The notes: generated from the sequence alone by a model not told the origin. A stretch of 64,000 nucleotides of DNA from Limnochordia bacterium (GCA_050951545.1 JBMNJG010000010.1:19696-83695); one strand, 5' to 3'. Positions 10,485 through 20,827 are shown, counted from the stretch's first letter. Numbers and translations: made by a program.

Positions 10485-11546
10485 TTGTACTCTCTCCATG
10501 TAGATGAGGTGAACGTGCCGCTCTCACTGCTACTGACTCGCGAGTTAAAGGCCAGCGAGAAGATCGTTTGGATGGCCTTAACGATGGATGATCAGCTGGA
10601 GGAAAGTTTCCTTTTCTCGCCCAGCCGCCTGGGGCGGCGCACGGGTATGTCCCGGCCTACCGTTCGCAGGGCGACAGCCAAGTTAACCACCGAGGGCTGG
10701 TTTGCTCCACCAGCTAGGCGGGGTCCTAGCCAGACCGCGGCACAGAAGCCATCCCCGGATAGGGTCTCCGTGCCTGTGGAGCTAGTCATGGCTACTGAAA
10801 TCCATGCACAGGCCAAATTGGTTTATGCCCTACTGCTGTCCAAACCTACGGACCCACCTCGCAAAAGGCAGTTCACATACGCTGAGTTAGCCGGCCGGAT
10901 GAGTCTGAGCCCCCAGACCATCAAACACGCAGCTCGTCAGTTGGCCAAGCATGGTTGGCTGGAGATGGAGCAGGCGCACAAGCGGGCACCGATTCGCTTC
11001 ACTCTCCACAACCCGGTTGATAAGCGAAATGTAAAAGAAATACTAGACGTGCAGGATGAGCTCCACCGCGCTACGCACCTCGGAGAGGCTCTCATGCAGG
11101 CTATCTTCTTGGCGCTTGTCGATTGCCTTGACTTCGACGACGGAATGCGCCCAGGTTTCATGAGGAACCCAGCAACTGGCAAGCGTCTGGAGGTCGATCT
11201 CTTCTATTACTTGCACAATACGGCCATGGAGTTCAATGGGGCGCAACACTACCGCGTCACGGAGCGGAATTCGGCTGAGCAGGTCCATAAGCAGCAATGC
11301 CGTGACCAGACCAAACAGCAGATCTGCGCTAAGAAGAAGATCAAGCTGATCGTGATTCAGGCTCACGAGCTGTCCTGCAATATCATCAAGCGCAAGATTC
11401 ACAGGCGGCTGCCATTCCGGCGCGGTCAGGACTTCAACCGGAAGCTCATCAACTATCTCGAGTGTAGATGCGGTGAGTACCAGCAAAGAATAGATGAACG
11501 TGGCTGGGGAACCGCCAGTGAATCTGAGAGAAAGCAAGACGAGTAG
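10485..11546 (+). CDS. Tandem winged-HTH protein with C-terminal Vsr/DUF559-like endonuclease domain
   Basis: Two homologous modules (V.VP..L.....L....K.V...L...LGRRTGMSRPTVRRATAKL..EGW and LAGRMSLSPQTIKHAARQL..HGWL), then GE.LM..RP.FM.NP.TGKRLEVDLF....AMEFNGAQHY...RD..K...C...IKLIVI. Likely start is TTG 10485 after GAGGTG; the ORF track starts at 10383. Confidence 0.7.
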   Translation: MYSLHVDEVNVPLSLLLTRELKASEKIVWMALTMDDQLEESFLFSPSRLGRRTGMSRPTVRRATAKLTTEGWFAPPARRGPSQTAAQKPSPDRVSVPVELVMATEIHAQAKLVYALLLSKPTDPPRKRQFTYAELAGRMSLSPQTIKHAARQLAKHGWLEMEQAHKRAPIRFTLHNPVDKRNVKEILDVQDELHRATHLGEALMQAIFLALVDCLDFDDGMRPGFMRNPATGKRLEVDLFYYLHNTAMEFNGAQHYRVTERNSAEQVHKQQCRDQTKQQICAKKKIKLIVIQAHELSCNIIKRKIHRRLPFRRGQDFNRKLINYLECRCGEYQQRIDERGWGTASESERKQDE

Positions 11547-12006
11547 TCACCTTGGGTTACCTTGTCCGTTTCGTCAGGGCTTACATCAGCCGTGCAGCCA
11601 ATGGTATTCCGCGTCCACCCGCTGCCGGCGATCAGAACACCCCTACACTGATTTTCACTCAGACGGCACCGTGACATAACCAGCAGTTCGTCTGGAAACG
11701 CTCACATGACAGACTCAGGGTTCTGGGCGCTGTTGCATTCGTAGCGAGCAAATGACGGGTGCCGTTCTGTTACGAGTCCGACGCGTACTCAGCCTACAGA
11801 ACCTCGTCCACCCATACTCCCCGTGGCCCCCTTAGGCGGCAACTCTCAGGTAGCTGGCAACAAGGACCGTTAGGGGCGAAGCCTTTATCCTTGCTGCGCT
11901 GCCAGCCACCTGAGACAATGGAGCGTGTCCAGTTCACCGCCTTTCTCATGTGCAGCTGCCACCACGACGTTCGGTGATGGCCTTCATTAGGTTCATGTCC
12001 GGAGAC

Positions 12007-13278
12007 TCACCGGGTCTTGATCTTCTCCTGAAGGGCCATCTCCGCTAAGCGTTGCGTCTCCTCCAGTACTTCCAGCGGGGTCGCTCGGCCCGCGCGCATG
12101 GCGTTGAATATCGGCTCGAATATGTTCAATATGTCTGTAGAGAAAGGAGGCATGATACGCGCCGCTGGCAGCATCTGCTGAATCAAGAAGCGCTCGCGTG
12201 GGTCCTTAGCGCGCGGCTGGATGCGTCTGAAGGCACTGATGGTTGTCGGGATAGAACGGGTCTCATCAAACCATTTCACTTGAACGTCGGGATCACTCAG
12301 GTACTTGATGAACTCCACCGCAGCCTTAGCATTGCGGGCCCCCACCGGAATCGCAGGCCCCAAGGGGAACGTTGTTGAGAAGAGCTTCGCATCTGGTTTG
12401 GTGGGAATCACCCCCGCTGCGACGCGCAATGCGGGATGGGTGTCAGCCAAGTTAGCCAGAAACGTCGTGCTGTCGATGCACATGGCCACCTTCTCCTGCC
12501 GGAACCACGAGGATCCCGATGGCCTCGTACCATAGTGATCTGCGTAGGATTTCATCCACGCCAAGGCCTCCAAATTGCGCTCTCGGTGCGCTCCGGTGAG
12601 TGCGGGAGTAAAGTTGTCATAGTCGTAGAACTCCCCGCCAAAGGCCCACAGCCAAGGCAGCCCACGCGACAGGTTATTCCCGGTTGGAACGAACCCCACC
12701 TTAATGATCTCGCCGCTTTCGTCCCGGACGGCTAGCTTCTGAGCCGCAGCATCCAACTCGTCAATGTAACGAGGAGGTTTGGAGGGATCCATGCCTGCTT
12801 GCTCAAACATGTCAATGTTGACTAGCAGGCCGCGGACGCAAGTGCGCCAGGGCAGGCCATACCAGATACTGCCGATTTTCATCGAGTCTCTGGGCCCCGG
12901 AAGATACGCGTCGTCCAGTGCCTCGATCTCCTTCGGATGCAGGAGATCATTGAGTGGGATGAACCAGTCTCCCTCCAGGCTCATGTCTTTCACTGTATAG
13001 TAGTTGTGGTAGACGAGGTCCGGTGACGAACCTCCAACCACAGCTACCTTCATCGCGTCCACATATGGGTATGTGGCATGTCCCTTGAGGATCAGATTCA
13101 CGTGGATATCTGGGTGCGCGGCGTTGAACTGCTCAACGATGCCAGTCATGGAATCTACATAGGCCTTGGGAGCTTCCCCAAACCAGAATTCAACCTGCAC
13201 AGGCCCGGCAACCACCACCGTGTTGAGCATAAGCAACAGAGCACAGGTGATGATTGGGCATACACGTGCTCGCATCAT
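12007..13278 (-). CDS. Sugar ABC transporter substrate-binding protein
   Basis: Signal peptide, VEQFNAAHPDIHV, GGSSPDL, YGLPW, NIDMFEQAGMDPSKPP; ATG after AAAAGGGGG. Confidence 0.85.
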   Translation of the reverse strand: MMRARVCPIITCALLLMLNTVVVAGPVQVEFWFGEAPKAYVDSMTGIVEQFNAAHPDIHVNLILKGHATYPYVDAMKVAVVGGSSPDLVYHNYYTVKDMSLEGDWFIPLNDLLHPKEIEALDDAYLPGPRDSMKIGSIWYGLPWRTCVRGLLVNIDMFEQAGMDPSKPPRYIDELDAAAQKLAVRDESGEIIKVGFVPTGNNLSRGLPWLWAFGGEFYDYDNFTPALTGAHRERNLEALAWMKSYADHYGTRPSGSSWFRQEKVAMCIDSTTFLANLADTHPALRVAAGVIPTKPDAKLFSTTFPLGPAIPVGARNAKAAVEFIKYLSDPDVQVKWFDETRSIPTTISAFRRIQPRAKDPRERFLIQQMLPAARIMPPFSTDILNIFEPIFNAMRAGRATPLEVLEETQRLAEMALQEKIKTR

Positions 13279-13325
13279 GGATAGAGGACCCCCTTTTCTA
13301 TTGTCGAAAACGACGTCAAAGCCCC

Positions 13326-14228
13326 TCATAGCAACTGAAGTGCAACAACCTCACCAGACTCACGACTCATGTTTGCCGCCTCAAGGAAGGCGATCAGCTC
13401 AAGTGTCAAGGCACTATCAATCGGCGGGAGACCCGTACGGAAGAACTCAAGGATCTTGTCAAGCATGAGAGCATAGGCAGGCGGCTGGTTGATTCGTAAC
13501 CCCTGTTGGATACCCTGGGATGTATAGACGGTTACCGCATAGTCGCGAAGTCCCGCATACCGATAGCCGTGTAACGTACCAATGCGCCCGCCTTCCCAGA
13601 TGCCAATGACCATGTCAGCCAGCGGCGTCTTGCGGGTGCACACTTCCTTGCAGCCTGGGCCCATCTTGCTGTAGAGAACCTCCGCAGTGTGGATGCCGTA
13701 CCAGAACAATCCCGGGAAATCATCAAGAATCGCGGCCGGGCCAGAAGCCTCGCAGGCCAATACATCGACGTTCTCTCCGAGCTCAGCCAGGCCCTTCGCA
13801 TAGCGAACGGATGAGCACGATACGACTGGCGCCCCATGCTGTTGAGACAGCGCAAAGATGGCTCGAGCATCAGCCGCAGTCGTGGCCAGGGGCTTGTCGA
13901 TGAAGACTGGTTTGCCATAGGGCGCCAGCTTCCTGAACTCCTCTAGGTGTAGACGGCCATCAACGCTCACCTGCAGGATGGCGTCTGCCCGTTCGGCCAC
14001 CGCTTCAACAGAGTCCAAGATCTCTACGCCAAACTTGTCACGGACCTCGCCAGTGATGCGCTTAATTCGCTCTCGGCTGAGAGAGAACTGCTCACTACCT
14101 GTGGGACAGGCATAGACCACCCTCGCTCCGGGGACATGATGCGGATGCTCCTTGTTATTCAGCAGATCCGAGAAGGCGATGCAATGCGACGTATCGAGAC
14201 CAATCATGCCGAGCTTCAGTTCCGTCAT
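13326..14228 (-). CDS. Gfo/Idh/MocA-family oxidoreductase
   Basis: LGMIGLDTSH, SVDGRLHLE, GKPVFIDKPLA, WYGIH. Confidence 0.85.
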   Translation of the reverse strand: MTELKLGMIGLDTSHCIAFSDLLNNKEHPHHVPGARVVYACPTGSEQFSLSRERIKRITGEVRDKFGVEILDSVEAVAERADAILQVSVDGRLHLEEFRKLAPYGKPVFIDKPLATTAADARAIFALSQQHGAPVVSCSSVRYAKGLAELGENVDVLACEASGPAAILDDFPGLFWYGIHTAEVLYSKMGPGCKEVCTRKTPLADMVIGIWEGGRIGTLHGYRYAGLRDYAVTVYTSQGIQQGLRINQPPAYALMLDKILEFFRTGLPPIDSALTLELIAFLEAANMSRESGEVVALQLL

Positions 14229-14280
14229 CTACCACCACACCTCGTCTCAATGTCTTGACGTCTCACGCGGCATTCCGCGC

Positions 14281-15561
14281 TCACTGACCGAACACCTCTG
14301 CAAAGCGAGCCTCCATGATCACTTGGACGCCTTCAAGAGCAGCTCTTGGCGTTGTCGTTCCTGCAATCACGTTGTTAAGGGCCTGGGTAAGATGGTTATG
14401 AAACTCACCGCTGAGAGGCGTACGTGGACGCGCATCAGGAAGCTGAGCGATCAGCCCTGCATAGGGCGGTGGAAGCGAAGGAGCGATTGTCCTCAACGCC
14501 TTCCAGTTGGCAGGCAGTAGCGACTCGAACTCGCGAAAGCGACGAGTCTGCACATCCGCTGTGGCGAAGTACCGCACCAGCTGGGCAGCTTCTGTATAGG
14601 CACGGCTGCTAGAGCTCGACGGCACTCCGACTGCATATCCGCCCCCCCATGTGGCATTCGAGCCCTGCGGAGGATGCGGTACCCGCCCCGTCGTGAAGCT
14701 GGTACCTTCCCTGACTACAAGAGCAGCGTCTGATGTTGATCCAGGCAACATGGCCACTGTTCCCTTCACAAATCCACTGACGCTCAGCTGCACCGGGCTT
14801 CTGTTTCTGTCGTAGTGCTGGGCCCATTCGTCAATCCACTCGTAAGCTCTGATGTTATTGGGCAGAGCAGCGGTGGGACGTATGTGAGTGCCGGATTCGT
14901 CTATGAGTTCACCGCCAAAGGCCCAGATCCAGCCCCTAGCGTACCAGTTTCCGCTCCAGGGGACGAAGCCAACGCGTGTATAGCGCCCATCGGCTGTGGC
15001 CTCGCTGAGTCTCCTATTCCATGTCCAGAGGTCCTCTAGAGAGAGTGCGCCAAAGTAGGGATCAAGCCCCGCCTGTTCGAGCAGGTCGATGCGCTTGAAC
15101 AGACCACGAGAAGTGCAATGATACGGCGCAGCATACATCCTGCCTGCAAACGTCATCTCGAAAGTCTCGCCAGGTGTGAACTGAATCCCATCTAAGGCTC
15201 GAGTCACATCCTGCAGCAGCCCTTGAGCAGCTAGCTGTTTCACTGTGGCCCCTTCTATCCAGGCCACGTCTGGAGCAGCACCCCCAGCACTGGCCAGGTA
15301 GATCCGTTCAGTGTACTGTAGCTGACTGCCAGCGATATGTGCGACCTCAATCTCTATGCCTGGATTCTCTGCCTGGTACCACTCGGCAATGGCCGTGAAC
15401 TGCTCAACAACCTCCTGATTGGCCCAGGCCCAAAGCGTCAGCTTCGTGGCAGCGAACGCCGAAGTCGTGGCGACAGCCACCATAGTTGCTAGAACGAGAA
15501 CCAAGGATAGCGTCTTCGAACACTTCACATCACGCCGACCCAAACCTCCCCTGTTTTCCAC
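14281..15561 (-). CDS. Sugar ABC transporter substrate-binding protein (likely start GTG 15528)
   Basis: Signal peptide ending AFA, LTLWAW, ENPGIEIEV, GGAAPDVA, GRMYAAP, TWGGGY. Confidence 0.85.
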   Translation of the reverse strand: MENRGGLGRRDVKCSKTLSLVLVLATMVAVATTSAFAATKLTLWAWANQEVVEQFTAIAEWYQAENPGIEIEVAHIAGSQLQYTERIYLASAGGAAPDVAWIEGATVKQLAAQGLLQDVTRALDGIQFTPGETFEMTFAGRMYAAPYHCTSRGLFKRIDLLEQAGLDPYFGALSLEDLWTWNRRLSEATADGRYTRVGFVPWSGNWYARGWIWAFGGELIDESGTHIRPTAALPNNIRAYEWIDEWAQHYDRNRSPVQLSVSGFVKGTVAMLPGSTSDAALVVREGTSFTTGRVPHPPQGSNATWGGGYAVGVPSSSSSRAYTEAAQLVRYFATADVQTRRFREFESLLPANWKALRTIAPSLPPPYAGLIAQLPDARPRTPLSGEFHNHLTQALNNVIAGTTTPRAALEGVQVIMEARFAEVFGQ

Positions 15562-15629
15562 TGGTGAAGAGCCCCCTTCTACCTATCATTGCCTGCGGTA
15601 TCTGCTACACGGGATAGCTTAAAGTGCAC

Positions 15630-15656
15630 CTTCAAGTTGGATGTTATATATCCTTC
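15630..15656 (-). promoter_or_regulatory. sigmaH-like promoter
   Basis: Minus strand GAAGGATAT-N11-CTTGAAG upstream of the SBP gene. Confidence 0.4.
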
Positions 15657-15791
15657 TTGAGCACACTGTTGTTGTTAAGCCGAGGCGTCAGCACCACTGA
15701 TCACTAGTTGTATTCCCTGTTTTCACATTCCTCGCTTGGCCACTCCCAAAGCTCCCGCGCCGTTTTATTTCGTCCAGAAATTGCAGCTGCA

Positions 15792-15818
15792 GAAGGAAAT
15801 ATGCGCTGCGAATCGAAT
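15792..15818 (+). promoter_or_regulatory. sigmaH-like promoter
   Basis: GAAGGAAAT-N11-ATCGAAT, full consensus match. Confidence 0.6.
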
Positions 15819-16065
15819 AGTAGCCGCAACCGTGCATGCGTGCCCTCACCACGCCCGCACCGCCTACATCGGGATATTTCTGAAAGCGAGGTGATCAGTG
15901 AATCTTCCGTATGCCTTCTTGGCCATGTTCTGGAATCATCGTATCGGGTCAGGGGAGGCATGTGCTAGCACCTAAGTCGAGAAGTCAGCACACCTTGAAC
16001 CACGACTACGACACTCATGTGATCGACGATGCAGATCATCGACCAGAAAAACGGAGGTATCGTTC

Positions 16066-17055
16066 ATGAGTAAGGTTCGCGTAGGTCTGATCGGCTGCGG
16101 CAACATCGCCGCTGGGCATGCCCGTCGTCTTCTCAACACACCCGAGGCACAACTCGTCGCGTTGTGTGATACTGACCCGAAAGCGTTTGGCTGGTTAAAA
16201 GAGAGAGTACCCGAGTTGCCAGACCTGCCCAAGTTCGCAGACTATCGAGAGATGCTAGATACCGTCGCTTTGGATGCAGTGCAGGTGCTGACTCCCCATA
16301 CACTGCATTTCGAACACATCATGAACTCCTTGGACCGCGGGCTCCACGTGCTGACGGAGAAGCCCATGGTGTGCACAAGCGAGCACGCTCGGACGGTTAT
16401 CGAAACCAGACGCAAAGCCGACAAGGTGGTATTGGTCTCCTATCAGCGCCGCTATCAAGACAACTTCCGCTTCATACGAGACCTGCTGACTAACGGTCAA
16501 ATGGGTGAAATACAGTATGTATCAGCTCTGCTCGGGCAAGACTGGCTGAATCGAACACAGGGCAAGTGGCGGCAAGATCCCGCGCTATCCGGTGGGGGTC
16601 AGCTTAACGACTCGGGTAGCCATCTGCTCGATATCATCTTGTGGGCGACTGGGGTGGAGCCAGAGACGGTGTACGCCTCTATCGAGAATTTCGGTGCGCG
16701 AGTGGATATCAACACAGCCTTGAGCGCCGAGTGCACCAACGGAGCTCTGTTAAACATCGCGGTACTCGGCAACTCGGCTGAGTGGTGCGATGATATGACC
16801 TTCTGGGCTGAGAACGGTGTGATCTACTACCGCAATGGGCAGGTCAAAGCCAAACTGCGCAACCAGAAGGAAGAGCTGACCCCACCTACTCAGGCAGATC
16901 CGGGCAATCCCGATCGCAACTTCATCGCTGCTATCTTAGGGAAAGATACGGTGAAATCGCCTCCGGAGGATGCCTTGAGAGTGGCCCTGCTCACAGAAGC
17001 GATCTGGCGTTCGGCAGAGACGGGATCTCCTGAGACTATCCCCTGGGACTCCTAG
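16066..17055 (+). CDS. Gfo/Idh/MocA-family oxidoreductase (copy 1)
   Basis: VGLIGCGNIA, HVLTEKPM, WRQDPALSGGGQLNDSGSH; GGAGG SD. Confidence 0.9.
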   Translation: MSKVRVGLIGCGNIAAGHARRLLNTPEAQLVALCDTDPKAFGWLKERVPELPDLPKFADYREMLDTVALDAVQVLTPHTLHFEHIMNSLDRGLHVLTEKPMVCTSEHARTVIETRRKADKVVLVSYQRRYQDNFRFIRDLLTNGQMGEIQYVSALLGQDWLNRTQGKWRQDPALSGGGQLNDSGSHLLDIILWATGVEPETVYASIENFGARVDINTALSAECTNGALLNIAVLGNSAEWCDDMTFWAENGVIYYRNGQVKAKLRNQKEELTPPTQADPGNPDRNFIAAILGKDTVKSPPEDALRVALLTEAIWRSAETGSPETIPWDS

Positions 17056-17505
17056 CGCATACCACTACTATGATCTGCAGGACCTGCAGTTCCCAGGAGC
17101 TTTCCGGCCCTAGGCCGGAGAGCTCCTGCGGCGACTCCGGACCCGTTTCAATAGCCATGGTCACCCCGGTGGTCGCTCGCGGTTTGCGCAGCAAATGCTT
17201 TTGCAGCGCCCTTCAACGCTCACTTTCATTGCGATGCTGCGAGATAGGGAAGAGGGGTGACACACCCCTCTTCGCTGACATCGTCATCCTTGCGAGCAGT
17301 TCTCTTCGAAAGAACTGGTTGTGCTACTCACTCTTCAGATCCTCGATAGCCAGTGTGAACTTGTGGTGCAATTGCTCTAGAAGCGGCGTCGGTCGTCGAC
17401 GCTTCGATATGCGGTCCGTTCGGCGAGGACATCGACCCGCGGCCACCGTCGTGAATGGGGAAGCTCATGCCGCCACACCGGGCGGTAGGCGTGCGCCTAC
17501 CACCC

Positions 17506-18354
17506 CTATGCCTTCCCCGCAGACCCCAACACCCGCATGCGAGACTGCACCTTGGCCTGCATGACAGCCCTAGCTTCAGCTAGCTGCTCCACCCCCCTCA
17601 CAGTCCCCGAGGCCAGCGCCAAGCTATCCCGCAGAGTTGCCCCGAAAGCGGTCAGCGTCTCAGTGCCAACATTCACCTTGCGAATACCGAGCTTAACTGC
17701 TCTGCGGATATCCGCATCAGAAATGCCACTACTTCCATGCAGAACGAGGGGCACGTCGACCAGCTGGTTGATTTCCTCCAGTCGGGTAAAATCCAGCTTT
17801 GGCTCCTCGAGGTAGAAGCCGTGGGCATTGCCGATAGCTACAGCGAGGCAATCGACTCCCGTATCCCCCGCGAAATCAGCAGCCTCTTCCGGGCGAGTGA
17901 GCCACTGCTCTATGCGGTCTTCACCCTTGGCTGCTATACCGACGTGTCCGATTTCGGCTTCCACTGAGATGCCGACATGGTGGGCTATCTCAACAATACG
18001 TCGGGTTGTCGCCACGTTCTCATCGTAGGGCAGACGCGACCCATCGTACATAACGCTTGTATACCCGGCGTGCATGCACCTCACCACTCGGGCGAAGCTA
18101 GCTCCATGATCCAGATGAACAGCTACTGGCACCTGCGCCCGATTCGCGAGCACCCGGCCTACCGCGGCTGATTCATCCACACCGAAGTGATCCAGATGAG
18201 AGTCGTACATAAGCAGGATCACAGGGCTACGCTCCGCCTCAGCCGCAGCTACTACGGCCTGTGCAGTCTCGAGATTGAACACGTTGAACGCCCCGACAGC
18301 ATAGCCTCCCGCTTCCGCTTCACGCAGCACATTCGACAGATTGGCCAAGCTCAA
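17506..18354 (-). CDS. Class II fructose/tagatose-bisphosphate aldolase family
   Basis: YAVGAFN, VHLDHG, SVMYDGS, VEAEIGHVG, AIGNAHG, LVLHGSSG, KVNVGT. Confidence 0.9.
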   Translation of the reverse strand: MSLANLSNVLREAEAGGYAVGAFNVFNLETAQAVVAAAEAERSPVILLMYDSHLDHFGVDESAAVGRVLANRAQVPVAVHLDHGASFARVVRCMHAGYTSVMYDGSRLPYDENVATTRRIVEIAHHVGISVEAEIGHVGIAAKGEDRIEQWLTRPEEAADFAGDTGVDCLAVAIGNAHGFYLEEPKLDFTRLEEINQLVDVPLVLHGSSGISDADIRRAVKLGIRKVNVGTETLTAFGATLRDSLALASGTVRGVEQLAEARAVMQAKVQSRMRVLGSAGKA

Positions 18355-18436
18355 CTGCTAGTCCCCTTCCTTCCACACCCACGCCCGATGCCTCTGCAGG
18401 TTGGGCGACTGCGACGACCAGATCAACAAGATAGAG

Positions 18437-19375
18437 TCACGAGGCCTCTGGAGACGGCTGCTCCCACTCATCAGGCAGTTCCGCATGCAGAAACTCCAGG
18501 ACCTCTGTTATCCCCGGTATGCCTTGCCTACCGCCCATCGCTCTTACCTTCAGTCCTGCGACGGCACTGGCAAACTGCGCCGCTTGCCGTATGCCATATC
18601 CGCGCAGCTTTGCAGCGATGTAAGCACCATGAAAGACATCACCACAGCCCGTGGTGTCAATCACGGGTTTCACGTCAAACGCAGGCAAAGGGAAACTCCC
18701 CTCTGCGTTAGCACAAACACATCCTCGCTCTCCCAGCGTGATTATGGCTTCCTGAGGCCCGTAGTCGAGCAACCTTTTGACAACCGTAAGAGCGCTGTCG
18801 CCCCTGGCGATATCCTCGTAAAAGAAGCGGGATGTAATGAGAATATCCACATGACTCAGCAGCGGCTCCATCCCCTTGGCCGTTGTGGCATCTAGGACAA
18901 CGGTCACCCCCGCGTCTTGGGCCACCTTCGCTGCGCCGATGCTCACCTCAAGCGATCTACCATCCAGGTGCAGAAACCGGGCAGAGCGAATCATGTCTGG
19001 ATCGATTTCATCTGTCTGCAACGGCCTTGCGCTGGCGGGGCTAGCGACAAAACCTCTTCTTCCGGTGGCCTCCTCGACCAGACAAACCATGAACTGGGAT
19101 GTCGCACCCGAGCGCACCTTCACCTGGCTGATGTCAACATCGTAGCGTCGGAAGTCCTCAAGGATAAACCGCCCAGGGGAGTCATCGCCAACCACTCCCA
19201 TGAAAGCTGCCTTAGCTCCCAGTCGGCGAGCAGCCACCGTGGCAGTGGCCGCCGGACCGCCACCTTGCTCGCTTACTGCACTCATTCTGACGCTCGACTC
19301 AAATGCGGGAGCGTGCGGGACAACGGCTATGTAATCGTGCGTGCACAAACCCAAACCAACCATGTCAAAGCTCAT
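18437..19375 (-). CDS. PfkB-family sugar kinase, YihV (sulfofructose kinase)-like
   Basis: GGGPAATATVAARRLG, GVVGDD, ITLGERG, DTTGCGDVFHGAY. Confidence 0.8.
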   Translation of the reverse strand: MSFDMVGLGLCTHDYIAVVPHAPAFESSVRMSAVSEQGGGPAATATVAARRLGAKAAFMGVVGDDSPGRFILEDFRRYDVDISQVKVRSGATSQFMVCLVEEATGRRGFVASPASARPLQTDEIDPDMIRSARFLHLDGRSLEVSIGAAKVAQDAGVTVVLDATTAKGMEPLLSHVDILITSRFFYEDIARGDSALTVVKRLLDYGPQEAIITLGERGCVCANAEGSFPLPAFDVKPVIDTTGCGDVFHGAYIAAKLRGYGIRQAAQFASAVAGLKVRAMGGRQGIPGITEVLEFLHAELPDEWEQPSPEAS

Positions 19376-19413
19376 TGTTCCAACCCCCTAGAATGTCGCC
19401 GTGTAAGCCCCTG

Positions 19414-20781
19414 TCAAGGCAGCCGTTCAAAGCTCAGGCCCGGCACAAACCTCGCCGCTTCGGCGAGGACGTCAGCCACATGACCGTGTACAACACTCAC
19501 ATGATGGACGTAGGGCCCCTCAACAAACCTTCTCTCCCAAGCAGGCCAGTCGCTCACCTCAACCCACAGGTACGTGCCCCAGGTCTCAGGTCCATCCACG
19601 CCTCTCGCGTGACCAGCCACAAGCGAATACTGCCCGTGGTCACCGTCAAACCTCGCCACCGTGATGTCTCCACCCCGGATGCGCCAGAAGGCCTGGCCTT
19701 TCGCAGTTACCTTCGCCGGACTTACCTGATCCCACAAGCTAAACGGGAAGGGGCCGCAGTGCCACAATAGTTCCGTGTTGTCGTCTTCTGGATGACGGAC
19801 CGTGAGGTCTGCAAAGAACGTAGGAGTGCTGCCCCCAACCGCCGCCTCCAACAGCACCGATGTGACTGCCCCGTGGATATCTGTCTCGCAGATGACAGGC
19901 AGACCCTCCTCTGTCAGAAAGGCATTCACCAGACACGTCCCGATGCCGTAGGAGCGGCGCAGAGCCTGCCAACACTGAATAACCACTGCACTACAACCGT
20001 TTTGCTCAGCCCACCGCGAGATGGCCAGCTTCAGAGCTGCCATCTTGTCAATGCCTTCTTTGCCGACCTGGAACACTGGTATTGTCCTCTGAAAACTCTG
20101 GGCTTGTTCTCGCTGCTCGGCAGAGCCCAGCAACTCCCTGGCGTCTTCAATGATGTCGACAAGGCTGACGGGAACAACCGTAATACCGAACTTCTCCAGG
20201 AGCTCGCCTTCGCTGTACATCATGGTCAGAAAAGGCGCAGGCCTGGTGCCAATTTGACCGATGCGTAGGCCGCGAAAGGCCTTGACCACCCTCGCCGCAG
20301 CCAAGAAGCGCTGCACTCCCTCTGCGAACTGCGAGTCATCGGCGCGGCAGTTTTCGATGTACGAAAACGGGATATCAAAGCGCCTCAGAACCTTACCCGT
20401 AGCGAACAACCCGCACTGTCGGTCTGTGATCGACTCTACCTGCTGGCGCTCTTCGAAATCCCGCTCTCCCCAAATCAAGACAGGCTTCTTCATCTGATAG
20501 GCGATATGACCTACCACCTCTTCTGTTCCGAAGTTGCAGTGCGGAAAGAACAGGGCATCCACATCAGCCTCTTTGAGTTTTGCCACAGCTGGTGCCACCT
20601 GCTCAAGGGCGTACACTGTGCCACTCTCTGTCACACCGTCTACGTTTACCATATCGATGCCGAGGTCTGTTAGCCTGTCGATTACTCTGACTTTGGCGGC
20701 TGCCATACGCTCACGATTGCCGAAGGCATAGCGCTGAGTCGGTACCACGCCGAGCTTCACTGCATATCGTTTGTGAGCCAT
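19414..20781 (-). CDS. L-fucose/arabinose-isomerase-fold protein, SqvD/SftI sulfoquinovose-isomerase-like
   Basis: DALFFPHCNFGTE, QCGLFATGKVLRRF, CETDIHGA, FADLTVRHP, LLWHCGPFP, GPYVHH. Confidence 0.75.
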   Translation of the reverse strand: MAHKRYAVKLGVVPTQRYAFGNRERMAAAKVRVIDRLTDLGIDMVNVDGVTESGTVYALEQVAPAVAKLKEADVDALFFPHCNFGTEEVVGHIAYQMKKPVLIWGERDFEERQQVESITDRQCGLFATGKVLRRFDIPFSYIENCRADDSQFAEGVQRFLAAARVVKAFRGLRIGQIGTRPAPFLTMMYSEGELLEKFGITVVPVSLVDIIEDARELLGSAEQREQAQSFQRTIPVFQVGKEGIDKMAALKLAISRWAEQNGCSAVVIQCWQALRRSYGIGTCLVNAFLTEEGLPVICETDIHGAVTSVLLEAAVGGSTPTFFADLTVRHPEDDNTELLWHCGPFPFSLWDQVSPAKVTAKGQAFWRIRGGDITVARFDGDHGQYSLVAGHARGVDGPETWGTYLWVEVSDWPAWERRFVEGPYVHHVSVVHGHVADVLAEAARFVPGLSFERLP

Positions 20782-20827
20782 TAGTATAGATAACTCCTCT
20801 CTTGTGTGGACTGAATTTGCCCTTGAT

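Noticed and set aside
11652-11681. TTTTCACTCAGACG and ACATAACC downstream of the nuclease gene echo repeat motifs (possible right end)
   Set aside because: The matches are short and in reversed order; chance cannot be excluded.
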